From Candidatus Saccharimonadota bacterium (GTDB taxonomy: Bacteria > Bacteroidota > Bacteroidia > Flavobacteriales > Blattabacteriaceae), in assembly GCF_002243425.1 (NCBI RefSeq), contig NZ_CP021172.1, positions 120,001 to 152,000 on the forward strand: a stretch of 32,000 nucleotides of DNA. Reading direction: 5' to 3'. The notes beneath the pieces were generated by a model. It was not told the DNA's origin. It did not search any database and saw only the letters and a program-made list of their open reading frames with translations. The first letter of the stretch is position 1; each line of letters starts with the position of its first letter. Position numbers and translations under genes: made by a program. This document shows, piece after piece, positions 28,211-32,000 of the stretch.

Positions 28211-28914
28211 ATATTGGATTAATAGGATATGGAAAGATGGGACAATCTATAGAAAGACAAGCTATATGTCGAGGACATAAAAAATTATTTATTACAAATA
28301 AAACCCCTTCTTATAAAGAATTAAAAAATTCTAATATAGAAATGATCATAGAATTTAGTTCTCCTAAATTTGCTGTTTCAAATCTAATTATTTGTATTGA
28401 AAATAATATACCTATAGTTAGTGGAACTACTGGTTGGGATAGTGATTTTTTTTTTATAAAAAACACATGTAAGAAATATAATGGGTCATTTATTTATTCT
28501 CCCAATTTTAGTATTGGAGTAAATATATTATTTTCTATTAATAAAAATATAGCTAAAATAATGTATAAATCTAATTTAGATTACAAAGTAAGTATAAAAG
28601 AAATACATCATAAAAAGAAATTAGATACTCCAAGTGGAACTGCTATTGCTTTAGCAAAAGATATAATTTTAGAAAATTATTGTGATAATTGGGGGTTAGT
28701 TTCTTTAAAAGAAAAGAAAAGATATATATATATATATTCCAAACGTATAAAAAATATAATAGGAATACATTCTGTATTATATGAATCAGATATTGATAGT
28801 ATCGAAATAAAACATATTGCTAATAATAGAACAGGATTTGCGTTAGGTTCTGTAATAGCAGCTGAATGGTTATATAAGAAATTTGGATTCTTTTCTATGA
28901 AGGATGTAATTTAA
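28207..28914 (+). CDS. dapB: 4-hydroxy-tetrahydrodipicolinate reductase
   Basis: 235-aa ORF with GYGKMG Rossmann start, SGTTGW, YSPNFSIGVN and EIHHKKKLDTPSGTA. Confidence 0.85.
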   Translation: MNIGLIGYGKMGQSIERQAICRGHKKLFITNKTPSYKELKNSNIEMIIEFSSPKFAVSNLIICIENNIPIVSGTTGWDSDFFFIKNTCKKYNGSFIYSPNFSIGVNILFSINKNIAKIMYKSNLDYKVSIKEIHHKKKLDTPSGTAIALAKDIILENYCDNWGLVSLKEKKRYIYIYSKRIKNIIGIHSVLYESDIDSIEIKHIANNRTGFALGSVIAAEWLYKKFGFFSMKDVI

Positions 28915-29408
28915 TTATATATTATAGGTACTTATAATTTAAAAACTGTAAGAAAACTTTTTGAAGCTGTTATTCCGATATATAATCTCATTATTTTAAT
29001 GAAAATATTGGTCTATATTATTCCTATAATATTTTTTTCTATTATCTTCTATTATCTTTACTTCTATTATAAATATATATATAATACAACCTTTTATAAT
29101 TATTATTTTTTTAAAAAAGATAGGAATAAGAAAAAAATATATTTTACCAAAAAATTTAAAATAATATTTATCCAGAAAACAAATGATGGAATCGTGATAA
29201 TTATGGTCCTATTATTTAAATAGAAATATTTAATTACTAAATCTGAAAATAGTTCATTAAAAATAAGGTACAATATTTAAAAATTATTATTTTATGTTAG
29301 GAGATAATAATTCATTAGATTCGCGTTATTGGGGTCTTATACCATATGATCACATAGTAGTAAAACCATTATTTATATGGTTAAGTATTTTTTTTAAAAA
29401 AAATAATT
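28915..29408 (+). pseudogene. lepB: Eroded signal peptidase I (lepB) remnant: N-terminal membrane fragment and C-terminal box-E fragment in different frames, catalytic core missing
   Basis: Frame 1 directly after the dapB stop reads LYIIGTYNLKTVRKLFEAVIPIYNLIILMKILVYIIPIIFF... This matches the flavobacterial LepB N-terminal region as recalled. Frame 2 (open from 29267) reads GTIFKNYYFMLGDNNSLDSRYWGLIPYDHIVVKPLFIWLS, the S26 peptidase GDNxxxSxDSRYWG box. Only 494 nt are present in total, and there is no start codon before the N-terminal motif. Confidence 0.6.
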
Positions 29409-29603
29409 ATGAAATTAATTACTTATGTAAAAGAAGGAGAATCTCTAGATAGAGTATTAAAAAAATGTAAACAAAAATTTGATAAAGCTCGTATAATAAG
29501 AAAATTACGTGAACGTCAACAATATATAAAACCTTCTGAAAGAAAAAGAAAAATTTTAACAAAAGCTAAGTATAGAGAATTTTTAATTTCTAAAAATTCT
29601 TAA
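29409..29603 (+). CDS. rpsU: 30S ribosomal protein S21
   Basis: 64-aa ORF with bS21 pattern (LDRVLKKCKQKFDKARIIRKLRERQQYIKPSERKR). Confidence 0.9.
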   Translation: MKLITYVKEGESLDRVLKKCKQKFDKARIIRKLRERQQYIKPSERKRKILTKAKYREFLISKNS

Positions 29604-29613
29604 AGCTTTTCAG

Positions 29614-30390
29614 ATGATTCAAATTTATGGTTTAGTAGGTAAAAATATTAGTTATTCTTTTTCTCAATTTTTTTTTTTAAAAAAATTTAATATAAAAAAT
29701 ATTAAAAATACTTTTTATACAATTTTTGATATTAAATTAATTAGATTAATAAATCTATTTATAGATATAAAAAAAAAAATTAAAGGATTAAATATTACTA
29801 TACCATATAAAAAAAAAATAATTAATTATATTGATTTAATCAATATTAATTTAATTAAATTAGAATCCATTAATACTGTTAAAATTTTAAGTAAAATTAC
29901 TATAGGTTATAATACAGATATATATGGATTTGAGAATTCATTTAAATTTAAACGTAAATCATATATTAATAATGCTTTATTATTAGGTAATGGAGGAGTA
30001 TCACAATCTATTATTTTTGTTTTAAACAAACTAGGAATTAAATATATAGTGGCTTCAAGAAACCAATATACAAAATATTGTATATTTTATTCAGATATTT
30101 CTATTAATATAATTAATAATTATAACACAATTATTAATTGTACGCCATTAGGAACATATCCAAATCTTAATATTTGTCCTAATATACCTTATATGAAGAT
30201 TTCAAATCAATATTATCTATATGATTTAGTTTATAATCCTAAAGAAACTTTATTTCTGAAAATAGGAAAAAAAAAAGGATCCATTATTAATAATGGAATT
30301 AATATGCTTTATTTACAAGCAAATATTTCTTGTAAAATATGGTATAAAATATTTTATTCATCAATTTATGAAAGAATATTACATATATAA
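29614..30390 (+). CDS. aroE: Shikimate dehydrogenase
   Basis: 258-aa ORF with motifs YGLVGKNISYSFS, NITIPYKKK, GYNTDIYGF and LLGNGGVSQSI. Confidence 0.8.
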   Translation: MIQIYGLVGKNISYSFSQFFFLKKFNIKNIKNTFYTIFDIKLIRLINLFIDIKKKIKGLNITIPYKKKIINYIDLININLIKLESINTVKILSKITIGYNTDIYGFENSFKFKRKSYINNALLLGNGGVSQSIIFVLNKLGIKYIVASRNQYTKYCIFYSDISINIINNYNTIINCTPLGTYPNLNICPNIPYMKISNQYYLYDLVYNPKETLFLKIGKKKGSIINNGINMLYLQANISCKIWYKIFYSSIYERILHI

Positions 30391-31337
30391 TATATTAATT
30401 CATATAACCCTTCTTTAGAAAAAGAAGATATGAATATATATTTTTCAAATTTTGGTAATTCTTTTATTATTTCATATTTTAATTCTTGATCTAAAAGATC
30501 AGATTTAGAAATTACTAACAAACGTTTTTTTTTTAAAATTTTTTTATCAAAAAAATTTAATTCATTTATAATTATATTATAATTTTTTTTATAATAAATA
30601 ACTTCTGCAGAAATAATTAAAAAAATTATTTTATTACGTTGAATATGTTTAAGAAATTCAAATCCTAACCCTTTACCTTTTGAAGCACCTTTTATTATTC
30701 CAGGAATATCTGCTATTACAATTTTTTTAAAATTTTTATAATTAAGAACTCCAATATTAGGATTTAATGTAGTAAATGGATAATTATCGATTTTTGGTTT
30801 AGATGATGTAATCATAGATATTAAAGTGGATTTTCCGGAATTTGGTAATCCAATTAACCCGACATCAGCTAAAAGTTTTAATTCTAAAACAAAAATCAAT
30901 TCTTTTCCAGATTCACCTTTTTCAGAAAAAAAAGGAGTTTTACATAAAGAATTTTTAAAATGACAATTTCCCTTTCCTCCTTTTCCTCCAAACAATAATA
31001 TTTTTTCTTCATTATTATTTAGTATTTCAATAATTATATTATTATATATATCTTTAACAATACTACCTATTGGTACTTCTATTATAGAATCTTTTCCATT
31101 AGAACCAGTTATTCTATTTCTACCACCATTTTTACCATTTTCAGCTATAATATGTTTTTTATATTTTAAATGAGAAATTGTAAATAATTTATTATTTCCT
31201 CTAATTAGAAGATTTCCTCCTTTTCCTCCATCTCCTCCATCCGGACCAAATTTTTCTTTTCTAAAATGTATTATTCCAGCCCCACCATCACCACTTTTAC
31301 AATAAAGTTTTATAAAATCTGTAAATTTATTTAACAT
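30366..31337 (-). CDS. obg: GTPase Obg/CgtA
   Basis: Glycine-rich Obg fold (FTDFIKLYCKSGDGGAGIIHFRKEKF..GPDGGDGGKGGN) and P-loop GLPNSGKST. I prefer ATG 31337 (MLNKFTDF...), which sits 1 nt after the lpdA stop, over the listed 31367. Confidence 0.9.
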   Translation of the reverse strand: MLNKFTDFIKLYCKSGDGGAGIIHFRKEKFGPDGGDGGKGGNLLIRGNNKLFTISHLKYKKHIIAENGKNGGRNRITGSNGKDSIIEVPIGSIVKDIYNNIIIEILNNNEEKILLFGGKGGKGNCHFKNSLCKTPFFSEKGESGKELIFVLELKLLADVGLIGLPNSGKSTLISMITSSKPKIDNYPFTTLNPNIGVLNYKNFKKIVIADIPGIIKGASKGKGLGFEFLKHIQRNKIIFLIISAEVIYYKKNYNIIINELNFFDKKILKKKRLLVISKSDLLDQELKYEIIKELPKFEKYIFISSFSKEGLYELIYYICNILS

Positions 31338-31338
31338 G

Positions 31339-32000
31339 TTAAATATGAATACATTTATTATAAGCATTAGTTATTGCTTCAACAATAGATTCACTAATTG
31401 TAGGATGTGGATGAATACATTTAAAAAATTCAAATGACGTTGTTTCTAATTGACGAGCTACTCCAATTTCAGAAATTAGTTCTGTCACTCCAGAACCTAT
31501 CATATGACATCCTAACAATTCTCCAGAATTATCATCAATAATAACTTTAATAAATCCATCTGTACTATCATTTAGTTTTGCTTTACCTAAAGCAGTAAAT
31601 GGAAATTTACCTATTTTTAATTTATATCCTTTATTGATAGCTTCTTTTTCAGAAAAACCTAAATATGAAATTTCAGGATTAGAATAAATACACATAGGAA
31701 CATTATTATAATCTAATGGGGGGGGGGTTAATCCAGTAATTTTTTCTACACAAATTATTCCTTCATAAGAAGCAACATGAGCTAAAGATATACTAGGGAT
31801 TACATCTCCTATAGCATAATATCCTTTTACATTTGTTGAATAATATTTATCTACACAAATATGTTTAGTACTATTTAAAGTAATTCCTATTTCTTCTAAC
31901 CCTAAATTTTCAGTATTTGGACAAATACCAATAGCAGAAATAATAATATCTACATATAGTATTTTATTAATATTTTTGTTAGTTTTTATAATAACTTTTG
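31339..32000 (-). CDS. lpdA: Dihydrolipoyl dehydrogenase, C-terminal part (N-terminus beyond window edge)
   Basis: By hand translation the minus-strand frame stays open from 31998 down to TAA 31339-31341: ...ISAIGICPNTENLGLEEIGI...GYYAIGDV...LAHVASYEGIICVEKITGLTPPPLDYNNVPMCIYSNPEISYLGFSEKEA...HPHPTISE. The listed ATG at 31695 is internal. Confidence 0.85.
   Translation of the reverse strand, partial: KVIIKTNKNINKILYVDIIISAIGICPNTENLGLEEIGITLNSTKHICVDKYYSTNVKGYYAIGDVIPSISLAHVASYEGIICVEKITGLTPPPLDYNNVPMCIYSNPEISYLGFSEKEAINKGYKLKIGKFPFTALGKAKLNDSTDGFIKVIIDDNSGELLGCHMIGSGVTELISEIGVARQLETTSFEFFKCIHPHPTISESIVEAITNAYNKCIHI
31718..31727. repeat. G10 (C10 on the coding strand) homopolymer inside lpdA
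   Basis: Counted directly in ...atctaatggggggggggttaatcc.... It encodes T-P-P-P in frame. Confidence 0.9.

Noticed and set aside
31338-31367. Listed obg start at 31367 (MLIINVFIFNMLNKF...), which would overlap the lpdA 3' end by 29 nt.
   Set aside because: The Obg fold begins at MLNKFTDF. The ATG at 31337 sits 1 nt after the lpdA stop, and the extra 10 residues have no homolog counterpart that I recognise.
1-32000. UGA reassignment to Trp, as occurs in some tiny symbiont genomes.
   Set aside because: asnS, lipA, prfB and the tmRNA tag frame all terminate at TGA at the positions expected from homolog lengths. Trp positions seen in conserved motifs are TGG, and an RF2 gene with an SPF motif is retained. 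The standard code fits.

Overview
This window is extremely AT-rich (roughly 20% G+C by eye, not computed), very gene-dense and has lysine/isoleucine/asparagine-rich proteins. It looks like a reduced-genome obligate bacterial symbiont. Several things point to Bacteroidota/Flavobacteriia: no Shine-Dalgarno sequences, an rpsF-rpsR-rplI block, a GKKNYALAA tmRNA tag, a bS22-like micro-protein and a flavobacterial-type lepB remnant. The composition and the retained thrABC, dapAB and aroE essential-amino-acid genes resemble a Sulcia-like insect endosymbiont, but that identification is inference only.

I can support about 33 protein genes: htpG, mtaB, secA, rplS, a ferredoxin, thrCBA, maeB, der, lipA, rpmH, sucD, korA, trpS, asnS, rplU, rpmA, rpsF, rpsR, rplI, dapA, prfB, dapB, rpsU, aroE, obg, lpdA and a few orphans. 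There are also 6 tRNAs and a tmRNA. Two genes absent from the ORF track were found by hand: rpmH and a 30-codon basic peptide.

I see no CRISPR array, transposon, integrase, phage, toxin or defence genes, and no convincing novel multi-gene system. The window is essentially core housekeeping. The stretches worth a second look are signs of ongoing genome erosion and compaction:
- an eroded signal peptidase I gene between dapB and rpsU;
- a string of collinear broken reading frames, possibly BamD-like, containing a perfect 15-bp hairpin (24968-26093);
- a ~950-bp gene-poor interval (20151-21111);
- korA without an adjacent korB;
- a G10 run inside lpdA and many A(11-14) runs inside genes;
- repeat-built gene ends (dapA tail, prfB start);
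- several unexplained spacers with locally elevated GC.
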